NCBI RefSeq assembly: GCF_000737315.1
Contig: NZ_JMCB01000028.1
Location: 1-64,000, forward strand
Source: Hyalangium minutum
GTDB taxonomy: Bacteria > Myxococcota > Myxococcia > Myxococcales > Myxococcaceae
Reading direction: 5' to 3'
DNA: 64,000 nucleotides
Shown here: one piece after another, positions 29,345 through 39,748 of the stretch
Layout of the letters: each line of letters starts with the position of its first letter
Numbering within the stretch: the first letter of the stretch is position 1
Position numbers and translations under genes: made by a program
Notes under the pieces: generated by a model
Seen by the model: only the letters and a program-made list of their open reading frames with translations
Database searches by the model: none
What the model was told of the DNA's origin: nothing

Positions 29345-30844
29345 TCAGCCCCCGGACTTCACCGCGGGGCGGACGCGGGTCTTCTCCGCCTGGGACTTCT
29401 CCCCGGCGGAGCGATCCAACCGGGCCAGCTCGCGCAGCCGGTCCGGAAAGTTCGCCGACACGAGGCGCGACAGATCCGCGTCTTTGGCTGGTGGCACCAC
29501 CTCCGCGAGCCGCTCGCTCATCTCGTGGGCATCACGGAAGCGGTCGGTGGCGCGCTTGGCGAGCGCCACCTCCATCACCTCCCACAGCGGCTTGGGGATG
29601 CGCTCGGGCCGGCGCAACGGCTCGTCGCAGATGGCGTACATGCTGGCCAGCTCGTCGCCCTTGTCGAAGGCGCGCTTGCCCGTGAGCGACTCGTAGAGGA
29701 TGAGGCCCATGGCGAACAAGTCACTGCGTGCATCCAGCCGCTCGCCGCGCGCCTGCTCTGGAGACATATAGAGAGGCTTGCCCTTGACGATGCCGGGCAG
29801 CGTCACCGTGCGCTGGGCACGCGCCTTGGCCACGCCGAAGTCCAGCACCTTCACCCGCCCGTCGAAGCCCAGCATGAGGTTGTGCGGGGACATGTCCCGG
29901 TGGACGAGCTGGAGCAGTGCCCCATCCTCGCCTCTCACCAGGTGCGCCGCGTGCAGGCCGTGGAGGCCCTGGATCACCACCCCCACCGCCATGGGCGGCG
30001 ACAGCGGCGTCTTCAAGACCTTGAGCACCCGGTCCAGATCCACCCCGCGCACCAGCTCCATGGCGATGAAGTAGGCGCCCTGGGCCTCGCCAATGTCATA
30101 GACGGTGACGAGGTTCGGGTGGGACAGCCGCAAGCCGATGCGGGCCTCGTCCAAGAACTGCTGGACGATGACCGGATCCGTGGAGAGGTGCGGGAGGATG
30201 CGCTTGAGCGCCACCAGCCGCCCCAGGCCCTCGGGCCCCCGGGCGCGCGCCACCAGCACCTGCGCCATGCCGCCCGTGCCCAGCGGCGTCACCACCTCAT
30301 AGCGTCCGATGCGGCCCCGGCCCACGGGGGTGGAGTCCTCGCCCACGGCCAGCTCGTCCAGCCGTTCCAGGGCGGAGCGCCCATCCATGATCGCCAGGAA
30401 GCCCAGCACCGCCGAGTCGAGCTGCTCGCCGATGGCCTCCACCAGCTTCATCACCAGCTTGCCGCCGTCCTCGAACTTCCCCTCCACCGCCAGCCCCATC
30501 GTGCCCAGGTCCAGCTTCCCGAGGGTGAGCTTGGTGCAGAAGAGCATCCGCCCGTCCTCGAGCCGACGCGGCCCCGTCCAGTTCATCGCGGTGAAGACGT
30601 CCACGCCCAGCTCGCCCATCACCCGCGTCAGCACCGGCCCCTGCGTGCCCTTCAAGCACACGAAGCCCGCCTTGGCATGCACCATGCGCGCACATTGAGT
30701 GAGGAAGACGTCCAGGCCGGTGTCGAGATCCAGCCCCCGCTCGAAGCAGTCCTCGAGGATGTCGTCCGCGATCCGCTGGACGGATGTCAGGCCCCGCAGA
30801 AACGCGACCTCAGCCTCGAGTGACGGAAACTCCACGGAGCCCAT
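29345..30844 (-). CDS. Ser/Thr protein kinase with an N-terminal GAF-like domain
   Basis: LGTGGMAQV, VALKRILP, HRDMSPHN, DFGVAK, GKPLYMSPEQ. Confidence 0.92.
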   Translation of the reverse strand: MGSVEFPSLEAEVAFLRGLTSVQRIADDILEDCFERGLDLDTGLDVFLTQCARMVHAKAGFVCLKGTQGPVLTRVMGELGVDVFTAMNWTGPRRLEDGRMLFCTKLTLGKLDLGTMGLAVEGKFEDGGKLVMKLVEAIGEQLDSAVLGFLAIMDGRSALERLDELAVGEDSTPVGRGRIGRYEVVTPLGTGGMAQVLVARARGPEGLGRLVALKRILPHLSTDPVIVQQFLDEARIGLRLSHPNLVTVYDIGEAQGAYFIAMELVRGVDLDRVLKVLKTPLSPPMAVGVVIQGLHGLHAAHLVRGEDGALLQLVHRDMSPHNLMLGFDGRVKVLDFGVAKARAQRTVTLPGIVKGKPLYMSPEQARGERLDARSDLFAMGLILYESLTGKRAFDKGDELASMYAICDEPLRRPERIPKPLWEVMEVALAKRATDRFRDAHEMSERLAEVVPPAKDADLSRLVSANFPDRLRELARLDRSAGEKSQAEKTRVRPAVKSGG

Positions 30845-30892
30845 TGAACACCGGGAGCCCCTGTTCCGGGAAGGGCTCTGAGGCCATGGGAC

Positions 30893-33800
30893 TCAAGAGA
30901 GCGGGAGCTCCAGTGTGGCCACGGCTCCCTTGCCTGGCCCCTCGCTCTCCAGCGTGAGGCGGCCACCCAGCATCTGCGCGGCCAGCGCGCTCGAGTGCAG
31001 GCCGAAGCCGTGGCCCTCCTTGCGCGTGGTGTAGCCGTGCGCGAAGAGGCGCTCGCGGATCTCCGGTGCGATGCCCACCCCGTTGTCCACCACCTGGATG
31101 AGCGCCTTGTCCCCCTCCGAGAACAGCCGTACTCGGATGGCGCGCTCGCCCTCGGGGATGGCGTCCAGCGCGTACTTCGCGTTGCTGATGAGGTTGATGA
31201 GGATCTGCAGCACCTTGTGCTTGTCCACCTTCACCCGGGGCACCGGCGACACCTCCCGCCGGATGGACACCCCGTGCCGCTGGAGCGCCACCATCTTGAT
31301 GCGCAGCGTATCGTCGATGAGCTGGCCCAGGTCGCACTCCTCGGCCATGAGCGAGGTGCGGGCGTACGTCTGCTGCACCTGGACGATGGCGCGGATGTGC
31401 TCGATGTGCCGCCCCATCGCGTCCAGGTCCTCCAGCAGGCTCATCTGCTGGCCCATCAGCTCGTCGGCCAGCCCGGCCAGGTACTCCGGCAGGTTCTTGC
31501 CGCGCGCGCTCGGAGCCAGGAAGTTGGCCAGATCCGCGCGGTTCTCCAGCAGCAGCGTGGTGGCCTGCTTCAGCCGGCCCACGCGCGAAGCCCCTACCGC
31601 CCGCTGCATCGTCTCCAGGTTGATGACGGCACTGGTGAGCACGTTGCCCACGTTGTGGAGCACGTTGGCGGCCACCTCGGCCATGCCCACCGCGCGGGCG
31701 GTCTCCACCAGCCGGGCCTGGGCATCCCTCAGCTCGCGCGTGCGCTCCTCCACCCGCTGCTCGAGCGCGTCATGGCTCCGGCGCAGCTCCTCCCGGGCGC
31801 GCTCCACGTCCGCGTACAGCCGCGCGTTCTCGATGGAGATGGCCGCCTGCGAGGCGATGTGCCCCAGCAGCACCAGCCGCGAGGGGTTGAACGCGTTGGT
31901 GGCCAGGTTGTTCTCCAGGTACAGCGCCCCGATGAACTGCTCCCTCCGCAGCAGCGGCAGGCACAGCACCGAGCGCGCCCCGCTGCGCGTCAGGTACGGA
32001 TCGGACGCGAAGGGATGGGGCCTGGAGGCGTCGCCGATGAGCACGTGCTCCCGGGTGCGCCGCACATAGGAGACGATCGTCCACGGCAGCTCGGAGGCCG
32101 GGACTTCGCTCAGCAGGACGGCCACGTGGCCCCCGGAGGCGCTGGAGGTGGCCGCCACCGTGAGCGTGTCTCCCTCCGGCAGCAGCAGGGCTCCGCGCTG
32201 GGCGCCCGCGTTCTCGATGGCGGCCTTCATCAGCGCGGTCACCAGCCGCTCCAGGACAATCTCTCCGGAGATGGCCTGCTGGGTCTTGGCCACCGTGAGC
32301 GCGTCAATCTGGCTGGAGTCCGTGCTGCTGGTATCGGCCTGCGCGGTGGCCGCCGCGGCCTCGAGGTGGGGCCACTGGGTCTCCAGCTGCTGGACCTTGG
32401 CCACGGCGCCCCAGTGCTGATACGCGGCCCAGGCCTCGCGGGCGAAGGCGTGGGCGACGATGGGCGACTGCCGCGTGCGCCAGAAGTTCGCCGCCAGCTC
32501 GCTGGCCATCGCCACATGGTGGGTGGCACCGGTCTCCCGGGCTTTGCGGATGGCCTCTTCATAGAGGCGCGTGGCCTCCTCTCCCCTGCCCGCCAGCCGG
32601 GCCAGCTCGGCGGAGACCATGCGCTCGAGCGCGCGGAACGTCCCGGGGGAGTTCTCCGCCCAATCCGCCAGCTGCTGCCGGTGGCGCTGGATGGCCTCCA
32701 GGGACTGCTGCTGCTGCTCGGGTGAGGCTCCCTCGAAGAGAGCAGCCAAAGTCAGCGCGCGGAAGCAGTGGAACTCGCGCACCGCCAGGTTGCCGTGCAT
32801 CACCCAGAGCACCTCGGCGACCTTGTCCGCCGCCTCGAGCGCCTCCTGGTACGAGCCGGCCAGGAAACGGGCCTGGAGCTTGATGACCCAGTACCAGGCC
32901 CGGATGCTGCCCATGCTCTGGCGTGCCAGTGAGGCTTCGAAGGACGCCTCATCGAAGCCGTCTCCGTTCAGCGAACCGAACGCGGGCGACAGTCCACACA
33001 GCTGCTGGATGTAACGCCGGAAGAGGGCCAGCTGGTACTCGGCGTCCCAGACGCCCACCTTCTGGATGAAGGGGCCGCGCGCGATCACGTCCTGGTAGAC
33101 CTCTTCCAGGTTGTGTCCCATGTAGAGGCGGTTGGCGACGACCGTGCTGCTGCAATAGCTGGCGGAGTAGAAGTCCCCGGACTGGAGCCCTTGCTGGAAG
33201 CCGCTGAGGACGAGCTCCTGCACCATCGGGAGGGGCTGCGTGAAGTAGCTGGTGCACTGCAGCGCCAGCAACGCCATCGACCGGAAGGAGGCCAGGTTGT
33301 GGCGGTCGACCAGCCGCTGGGCCAGCAGGCTGAACGCCTGACCCTCCTGAAACCGCTTGAAGGAGGAGCCCGTGATCAGGCCGAACCACCCAATCCCCAC
33401 CACCGCCGAGTCCGTGAAGCCGTGGCGGAGGGTGAGTGCGACCATCCGGCTCAGGCAGATGATGAGCAGGTTGCTATCGGTGACGTAGGCCTTGCCGAAG
33501 AGCGAGGCGAGCGCCCCCATCATCACCTTCAGGTGCGGATCGGTCATGGGCGGCAAGTCCGTGAGGCTCTCGATGGAGCGCTCGCCGAGCACCTTCCAGA
33601 CCTCCTCGTGCGCCGCCTGCGCCTTCTCCCAGGTGGGGTGTGGCGGCAGGGGCATGCCCAGCCGGGCCAGACACTCGAGGATGGCCGCCACGGCGGCCGC
33701 GGCATCCGAGGCGGCAAAGCAGGCGTCGCTCTTCAGGCTGTAGGCGGCCACGGAGTCCGCCTGGCTCCGCGCCCGGATGCAGAGCTCCGTGGCCAGCACC

Positions 33801-36184
33801 CGGGCCTCGCGGCTGTTGCCACTCCAGAGCTCGCAGCGCGAGCGAGCGAGCCGCACCTGGAAGGCCAGCTCCGGATCCGTCTCCCACGGGTCTCCGGGGA
33901 TGAGCGAGAAGGCCGCCGAGAGGTAGGCGATGGCGGGGCGGTGGGCCACCGCGGCCTCGGCCTTCAAGCCGGCCTCGGCGTTCAGCCTCGCGAGCTGGTG
34001 GCGCTCCGAGGCGTCCTGGATCAGATCCACGCCCGCGGTGAGCTGGCGCACCACGTCGAAGAGTGCCTCGCGCAGCTGCTCTGGAGCCAGGCTCTGGAGG
34101 AGCATCCGCCCGATGCGCAGGTGGATGGCCCGGCTCTCCTGCTCGGAGATGAGAGAGTGGGCGGCCTGCTGGATGCGGTCGTGGAGGAAGCGGTACTGCT
34201 CGGAGCTGGCGCGTGCCAGCAAGCCGCCCTGGAGCGCGGGCTCCAGGCCCTTCTCCACGTCCGTCACCTCCGCCAGGTCCGCGAGCGTGCCCAGCATGGG
34301 CAGGGAGAAGACGTTGCCCACGCAGGACGCCAGCCGGAGCAGGTGCTGGGCGGCCTCGGGGAGCTGGCGCAGCTTGCGCACCATGAAGTCGACGACATTG
34401 TCTGAGTAGCCCCGGGCCCGCGCGCCCTCGGCGTTCCACTGCCACCCCGCCCCGGGCATGCGCACCAACAGGCCGTCCTGGTTCAGCGTCACCATCAGCT
34501 GGAGCAGGAAGAAGGGGTTGCCGCCCGTCTTCTCGTGCACCAGCGCCGACAGCGGAACCACCAGCTCCTCGCCCGCGCCAGGCAGTGTGTCGGCCACGAG
34601 CTGGGAGACCTGCTCCAGGCGCAGGGGCTCCAGGCGGATGTCCGTCACCCGGGCGCCCGCCTTGCGCACCTCCTCCAGCACCGACACCAGCGGGTGCTCG
34701 GGGCTCACCTCATTGTTTCGGTAGGCGCCGATCCACAGCACCGGAGGCGTCTCCGGCTGGGACAGCAGCTGCTGGATGAGCCGGAGGCTGGAGAGGTCCG
34801 CCCACTGCAGGTCATCCAGGAACATCACCAGCGGGTGCTCGGGGGTGGCGAACACCTCGAGGAACTGGCGAACCACCTTGTGGAGGCGGTGCTGGGTCTC
34901 GCTCGCGGACAGCTGCTGGAGCGGAGGCTGCCGGCCCACCAGCACCTCCAGCTGAGGCACCAGATCCACCAGCGCCTGGCCCTGCCCGGCCCACACCTGG
35001 AGGAGCTGCTCCCGCCAGCGCGCCAGCTCCTCCTCGCTCGCGGCCAGCAGCTGCTGCACCAGCCCGCGGATGGCCTGCGCCACGGTGGCGTAGGGAATGT
35101 CCCGCTGGAACTGATCGAACTTGCCGGTGAGGAAGAAGCTGCGCCGCTCCACCACCGGCTTGTACAGCTCGTGCACCACCGAGGACTTGCCGATGCCGGA
35201 GTAGCCGCTGATCAGGAAGAGCTCGGGCCGGGCCGTCTGGGAGAGGCGCTCGAAGCCCTGAAGCAGCGAGGCCACCTGGGCGTCGCGCCCGTAGAGCCGC
35301 TGGGGCAGCTGGAAGCGGTGGGGCGTGTCATGCGCGCCCAGCGTGAAGCCCTCGCTCCCAGCCGGGCGGGGCTGGACGCGGCACTGCTCCAAGTCCGCCC
35401 GCAGCCCCTCGGCGCTCTGGTAGCGCTCCTCGGCCACCTTGGCCAGCAGCTTCAGGACAATGGCCGAGAGGACAGGCGGCACGTCGGCGTTGAGCTCGTG
35501 CGGCGGCACGGGCTTCTGCGCCATGTGCGCGTGGAACCACTCGAGCGCGTCGCGGCCCTGGAACGGGCGCTGGCCCGTCAGCAGCTCATAGAGGGTGACG
35601 CCCAGCGAGTAGAAGTCGGTGCGGTAGTCCACCGCCCGGTTCATGCGCCCCGTCTGCTCGGGCGACATGTAAGCCAGCGTTCCCTCGATAAGATTCGAGG
35701 GCGCGGCCTCCAGGTGCTCCACCTGCTGGACGGTGGCCACCCCGAAGTCGATGAGCCGCGCCTCGCCAGAGGGCTCCAGGATGATGTTGGAGGGCTTGAT
35801 GTCCTTGTGGATGACGTTGCGGCTGTGGACCTCCGCCAGCGTTGCAGCGAGCGAGCTGGCCAGCGTCAGCACCCGGGACACGTCCAGCGGCTTTCCGACC
35901 AGCTCGGAGAGCGGTTGCCCCGGCACGCGCTCCAGCAGGATGACGGGGCGCTGGTGGATGTGCTCGTAGGAATAGGGCCGGGCCACGCCCTTCACGTCTC
36001 GCAGGCGCTGCAGGATTCCGAACTCGCGCCGGTAGCGCTCGCTCTCGCTGGAGCCGGGTGAGGGCGCCAGGGGCGTCTTGAGGATGACCGGGAGACCATC
36101 CGCCTCACGCACGGCCTGGAAGAGCACGTTCGAGCCTGTCCCTCGAATCGTGCCCAGCACCCTGTACCCCGGAATATCCAACAT
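30893..36184 (-). CDS. Trifunctional Ser/Thr kinase / AAA ATPase / GAF / sensor histidine kinase
   Basis: HKDIKPSN, GYSGIGKSS, LDDLQWAD, GAF region, H-box VLHNVGN, HATPase QILINLISNA...DNGVGI...GHGFGL. Confidence 0.95.
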   Translation of the reverse strand: MLDIPGYRVLGTIRGTGSNVLFQAVREADGLPVILKTPLAPSPGSSESERYRREFGILQRLRDVKGVARPYSYEHIHQRPVILLERVPGQPLSELVGKPLDVSRVLTLASSLAATLAEVHSRNVIHKDIKPSNIILEPSGEARLIDFGVATVQQVEHLEAAPSNLIEGTLAYMSPEQTGRMNRAVDYRTDFYSLGVTLYELLTGQRPFQGRDALEWFHAHMAQKPVPPHELNADVPPVLSAIVLKLLAKVAEERYQSAEGLRADLEQCRVQPRPAGSEGFTLGAHDTPHRFQLPQRLYGRDAQVASLLQGFERLSQTARPELFLISGYSGIGKSSVVHELYKPVVERRSFFLTGKFDQFQRDIPYATVAQAIRGLVQQLLAASEEELARWREQLLQVWAGQGQALVDLVPQLEVLVGRQPPLQQLSASETQHRLHKVVRQFLEVFATPEHPLVMFLDDLQWADLSSLRLIQQLLSQPETPPVLWIGAYRNNEVSPEHPLVSVLEEVRKAGARVTDIRLEPLRLEQVSQLVADTLPGAGEELVVPLSALVHEKTGGNPFFLLQLMVTLNQDGLLVRMPGAGWQWNAEGARARGYSDNVVDFMVRKLRQLPEAAQHLLRLASCVGNVFSLPMLGTLADLAEVTDVEKGLEPALQGGLLARASSEQYRFLHDRIQQAAHSLISEQESRAIHLRIGRMLLQSLAPEQLREALFDVVRQLTAGVDLIQDASERHQLARLNAEAGLKAEAAVAHRPAIAYLSAAFSLIPGDPWETDPELAFQVRLARSRCELWSGNSREARVLATELCIRARSQADSVAAYSLKSDACFAASDAAAAVAAILECLARLGMPLPPHPTWEKAQAAHEEVWKVLGERSIESLTDLPPMTDPHLKVMMGALASLFGKAYVTDSNLLIICLSRMVALTLRHGFTDSAVVGIGWFGLITGSSFKRFQEGQAFSLLAQRLVDRHNLASFRSMALLALQCTSYFTQPLPMVQELVLSGFQQGLQSGDFYSASYCSSTVVANRLYMGHNLEEVYQDVIARGPFIQKVGVWDAEYQLALFRRYIQQLCGLSPAFGSLNGDGFDEASFEASLARQSMGSIRAWYWVIKLQARFLAGSYQEALEAADKVAEVLWVMHGNLAVREFHCFRALTLAALFEGASPEQQQQSLEAIQRHRQQLADWAENSPGTFRALERMVSAELARLAGRGEEATRLYEEAIRKARETGATHHVAMASELAANFWRTRQSPIVAHAFAREAWAAYQHWGAVAKVQQLETQWPHLEAAAATAQADTSSTDSSQIDALTVAKTQQAISGEIVLERLVTALMKAAIENAGAQRGALLLPEGDTLTVAATSSASGGHVAVLLSEVPASELPWTIVSYVRRTREHVLIGDASRPHPFASDPYLTRSGARSVLCLPLLRREQFIGALYLENNLATNAFNPSRLVLLGHIASQAAISIENARLYADVERAREELRRSHDALEQRVEERTRELRDAQARLVETARAVGMAEVAANVLHNVGNVLTSAVINLETMQRAVGASRVGRLKQATTLLLENRADLANFLAPSARGKNLPEYLAGLADELMGQQMSLLEDLDAMGRHIEHIRAIVQVQQTYARTSLMAEECDLGQLIDDTLRIKMVALQRHGVSIRREVSPVPRVKVDKHKVLQILINLISNAKYALDAIPEGERAIRVRLFSEGDKALIQVVDNGVGIAPEIRERLFAHGYTTRKEGHGFGLHSSALAAQMLGGRLTLESEGPGKGAVATLELPLS

Positions 36185-36278
36185 GGCCGCGTCCCCCACC
36201 TTCCCAGGCCCGAGGGCCACGGAGAGCACCTCCCAGGAGCAGGAAGCGCTCAGAGGTTACAGCGGACGCTGGGGAAAC

Positions 36279-38111
36279 TTACGAGCCAGACTTCGCCTCG
36301 CCGGCGTAGATGGCGTCGGCGATGCGATAGGCGCTGCCCTCCAAGCGCTGGAACGCCTCCTTGAGGGCGCCCGGATCGCCGGTGTTCAGCACGCCCTTGA
36401 GGTTCTCCACGTCCGCCTTGATCTCCTCACGGTCCTTCTCCGAGAGCAAGTTGCCGTACTCCTCGAGGCTCTTCTCGGTGGTGTAGATAAGACCGTCGGC
36501 ATTGTTCCGCAGCTCGGCAAGCTCCTTCTTCTTCTTGTCGTCCACGGCGTGCGCCTGAGCGTCGGAGATCATTCCCTGGATCTCCGCCTCGGAGAGGCCA
36601 GAGTTGCTCACCACGCGCACCTGCTGGACCTTGCCGGTGCCCAGGTCCTTGGCGCTCACGTGGACGATGCCGTTGGCGTCGATGTCGAAGGAGACCTCGA
36701 TCTGCGGCACGCCGCGGGGGGCCGGCGGAATGCCCACGAGCTCGAAGCGGGCCAGCGTCTTGTTGTCGGTCGCCATCTCACGCTCGCCCTGGAGCACATG
36801 CACGCTCACGAGCGGCTGGTTGTCCACGGCGGTGGAGAACACCTGGCTCTTCTTGCAGGGGATGGTGGTGTTCTTGTCGATGATCTTCGTGAACACGCCA
36901 CCGGCCGTCTCCACGCCGAGGCTCAGCGGGGTGACGTCGAGCAGGAGGACGTCCTTCACCTCGCCCTTGAGCACGCCACCCTGGATGGCGGCGCCCACGG
37001 CGACCACCTCGTCCGGGTTGATGCCCTTGTGGGGCTCCTTGCCGAAGAACTCCTTCACCTTCTGCTGCACCTTCGGCATGCGCGTCATGCCGCCCACCAG
37101 GAGCACCTGGTTGATCTGCTGGGCGGTGACACCCGCGTCCTTGAGCGCGATACGGCACGGCTCGATGGAGCGGTCGATGAGATCCGCCACCAGCTCCTCG
37201 AACACGTTGCGCTCCACCGTCTCGGTGAGGTGCTTGGGGCCCGTGGCGTCGGCGGTGATGAACGGGAGGTTGACCTCCGTCTCCGCGGCGCTGGACAGCT
37301 CGTGCTTGGCGCGCTCGGAGGCTTCCTTGAGCCGCTGCAGCGCCATGCGGTCCTTGCGCAGATCAATGCCGTTGTTCTGCTCGGCGAACTTCTTGGCCAG
37401 GTAGTCCACCAGCCGCTGGTCGAAGTCCTCACCGCCCAGGAACGTGTCGCCGTTGGTGCTCTTCACCTCGAACACGCCGGCGTTCAGCTCCAGGATGGAG
37501 ATATCGAACGTACCACCGCCCAAGTCATAGACGGCGATGCGCTCGGTCTTGCTGTCCTTGACCTTGTCCAGGCCGTAGGCGAGCGCGGCGGCTGTGGGCT
37601 CGTTGATGATGCGCAGGACGTTGAGGCCCGCGATGCGGCCGGCGTCCTTGGTGGCCTGACGCTGGCCGTCGTTGAAGTAGGCCGGAACGGTGATGACGGC
37701 CTCGGTGACGGGCTCGCCGAGGTAGTCCTCCGCCGTCTGCTTCATCTTCATCAGCACGATGGCGCTGATCTCCGGCGGGCTGTAGCCCTTGCCGCGGATC
37801 TCCACCCAGGCGTCGCCGTTGGGGCTGCTCACCACTTTGAACGAGCTGACGCCGATGGCCTTCTTGGCCTCGGGCGAGTCGAACTTGCGGCCGATCAGGC
37901 GCTTCACCGCGTAGACGGTGTTCTCCGGATTGGTGATGGCCTGGCGCTTGGCGATCTGCCCCACCAGCCGCTCACCGGAGTCGGTAAACCCCACCATCGA
38001 CGGGGTCGTCCGGCTGCCTTCACTGTTGGGGATGACTACCGGCTCGCCGCCTTCCATCACGGCGACGCAGGAGTTCGTCGTCCCCAGGTCGATTCCAATC
38101 ACCTTACCCAT
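36279..38111 (-). CDS. dnaK: Hsp70 chaperone DnaK (SglK-like paralog by synteny)
   Basis: [32 protein letters not shown]; short C-terminus. Confidence 0.97.
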   Translation of the reverse strand: MGKVIGIDLGTTNSCVAVMEGGEPVVIPNSEGSRTTPSMVGFTDSGERLVGQIAKRQAITNPENTVYAVKRLIGRKFDSPEAKKAIGVSSFKVVSSPNGDAWVEIRGKGYSPPEISAIVLMKMKQTAEDYLGEPVTEAVITVPAYFNDGQRQATKDAGRIAGLNVLRIINEPTAAALAYGLDKVKDSKTERIAVYDLGGGTFDISILELNAGVFEVKSTNGDTFLGGEDFDQRLVDYLAKKFAEQNNGIDLRKDRMALQRLKEASERAKHELSSAAETEVNLPFITADATGPKHLTETVERNVFEELVADLIDRSIEPCRIALKDAGVTAQQINQVLLVGGMTRMPKVQQKVKEFFGKEPHKGINPDEVVAVGAAIQGGVLKGEVKDVLLLDVTPLSLGVETAGGVFTKIIDKNTTIPCKKSQVFSTAVDNQPLVSVHVLQGEREMATDNKTLARFELVGIPPAPRGVPQIEVSFDIDANGIVHVSAKDLGTGKVQQVRVVSNSGLSEAEIQGMISDAQAHAVDDKKKKELAELRNNADGLIYTTEKSLEEYGNLLSEKDREEIKADVENLKGVLNTGDPGALKEAFQRLEGSAYRIADAIYAGEAKSGS

Positions 38112-38117
38112 GACTTT

Positions 38118-38975
38118 TTACTGGCTCCCCCCGGAGGGTTGCTCGGGCACAGAGGAAACGGCGGGCGAAGCACCCGCCTCTGCAGCTTGAGGCTCCGCCG
38201 CCACGGCCGCGGGCGGCTCGGGCGGGGTGGCGGGCGCGCGCGCGACGACCACCATCGCGGGGCGCACCAGCCGATCATTGAGATGGAAGCCGCGGACCAC
38301 CTCGAAGGCGACGTGGCCGGCGGGGACCTCGGCGGTCTCCACCTGCTGCACGGCCTCGTGGAGGCGCGGATCAAACGGTTGGCCCTTGGCGCTGAAGGCC
38401 TTCACGCCGTGGCGCGCGAGCGTGTCCTCGAAGGACTTGCGCGTCATGGCCACGCCCTTGTGGAAGCTGGCGAAGTCGGGCGTCTTGGCCGCGGCGTCCA
38501 TGGCGCGGTCCAGGTTGTCGATGACAGGCAGGAGGTCCTTGAGCAGCTTCTCGGAGCCGAACTTCTGGACCTCCTCCTTCTCCTTCTGGGCGCGCTTCTT
38601 GTAGTTCTCGAGGTCGGCCGCGGCGCGCAGGGAGCGCTCGTGATCATCCTTGAGGCGCTCCATCAGCTTGCGGCTCTCGCCCTGGCTGAAGTCGAGCTGC
38701 GCGCGGAGGCTCTCCACCTCTTTGCGCGCGGCCTCGAGCGCGGCGGTCAGCTCGGCCACCTCGGCAGACGAGGCAGGCTCGGACTCCGCAGACACCTCGA
38801 GGGAGACCTCGGTCCCCTCCTCGGAAGAGGAGGCCTCGGAGGTCTCCACCTCGACAGCCACATTCTCCTCGGAGGGAGAGTGCGAGCTGCGGCGCTCGAC
38901 GCTCTTGAGCGCCGCGTCGATCACTTCCTGCGCGATGTTCGCGCTGAAGTTGCCCTTCTCATTGGTGCCGGCCAC
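38118..38975 (-). CDS. grpE: Nucleotide exchange factor GrpE
   Basis: [38 protein letters not shown]. Confidence 0.95.
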   Translation of the reverse strand: MAGTNEKGNFSANIAQEVIDAALKSVERRSSHSPSEENVAVEVETSEASSSEEGTEVSLEVSAESEPASSAEVAELTAALEAARKEVESLRAQLDFSQGESRKLMERLKDDHERSLRAAADLENYKKRAQKEKEEVQKFGSEKLLKDLLPVIDNLDRAMDAAAKTPDFASFHKGVAMTRKSFEDTLARHGVKAFSAKGQPFDPRLHEAVQQVETAEVPAGHVAFEVVRGFHLNDRLVRPAMVVVARAPATPPEPPAAVAAEPQAAEAGASPAVSSVPEQPSGGSQ

Positions 38976-39094
38976 GAGCGCACTATGTCACGGGTTCAGA
39001 ACCGTTCCAACCCCGCGAACTGCCTGGAAGAACTGCAGCCAAGCATCCCTACGGGACACTGGTTGAAGATCTGTGGCCCTGGAAGAATGGCCTC

Positions 39095-39553
39095 TCAGGC
39101 CTTCGCCTTCTTGCGGCCGATTGACTTGGGAGCGGCCTTCTTGGCGGCGGGGGCCTTCTTGGTGGCCGCGGCCTTCTTGGCGCCTGCCTTCTTGCCGATC
39201 GTCTTGCCAGCCTTGCGCGCGGGCTTGGAGGCGGGAGCGGGCTCCGCGTCCGGGGTGGATCCGGCGGAGGACTTGGCCTTGGGGGCCGCCTCGTCGGCCT
39301 TGTCCTGCTCGAAGGCGCCTTCCACCTTCTTCACGGCGGACTCGAGGAGATCTCCGGCCTCCTTGGTCATGGCGGTGGCCTTGTCGCGGAGATCCTTGAG
39401 GGTCTCCTTGACCTTGGTCTGGCGGGAGGGGTCACGCACCTCGTCCATGAGGCGCTGGGCCTCCACCTTGATCTCCTCACCGGTGCGCTTGAGCTCCTCG
39501 CCCGTGCGCTTGATGAAGTCCATCAGCTGGTTCTCCCACTTCTTCTCGGCCAT
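39095..39553 (-). CDS. fibR: FibR-like protein (helical N-domain plus Lys/Ala histone-H1-like tail)
   Basis: KKAGAKKAAATKKAPAAKKAAPK tail. The name is inferred from its position upstream of grpE-dnaK, as I recall for the M. xanthus fibR-grpS-sglK locus. Confidence 0.6.
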   Translation of the reverse strand: MAEKKWENQLMDFIKRTGEELKRTGEEIKVEAQRLMDEVRDPSRQTKVKETLKDLRDKATAMTKEAGDLLESAVKKVEGAFEQDKADEAAPKAKSSAGSTPDAEPAPASKPARKAGKTIGKKAGAKKAAATKKAPAAKKAAPKSIGRKKAKA

Positions 39554-39748
39554 GGCTTCGGTGCCTCCTGGGGGTTGCGAGCGCGCCAGTCCGGCGAGCG
39601 CCCGCGCCATCTGACTTCACGCGTGGCGTGAGCGCAAAGCTTTCCTGCTCAGCTCACCTGGGGACACGAATGAGGGCCCAGGCGATTGCGGTAGAGTGCC
39701 ACCGTTTGGGCCCCCCGGAGCCAAGGGGCCTCGCTTCCGGAGATTTTG

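Noticed and set aside
38976-39094. CIRCE heat-shock operator upstream of grpE
   Set aside because: No TTAGCACTC-N9-GAGTGCTAA or close variant was seen.
36078-39614. 1178-aa plus-strand ORF resembling the so-called NAD-specific glutamate dehydrogenase
   Set aside because: It is the well-known antisense shadow of dnaK/grpE; the real motifs and codon bias are on the minus strand.
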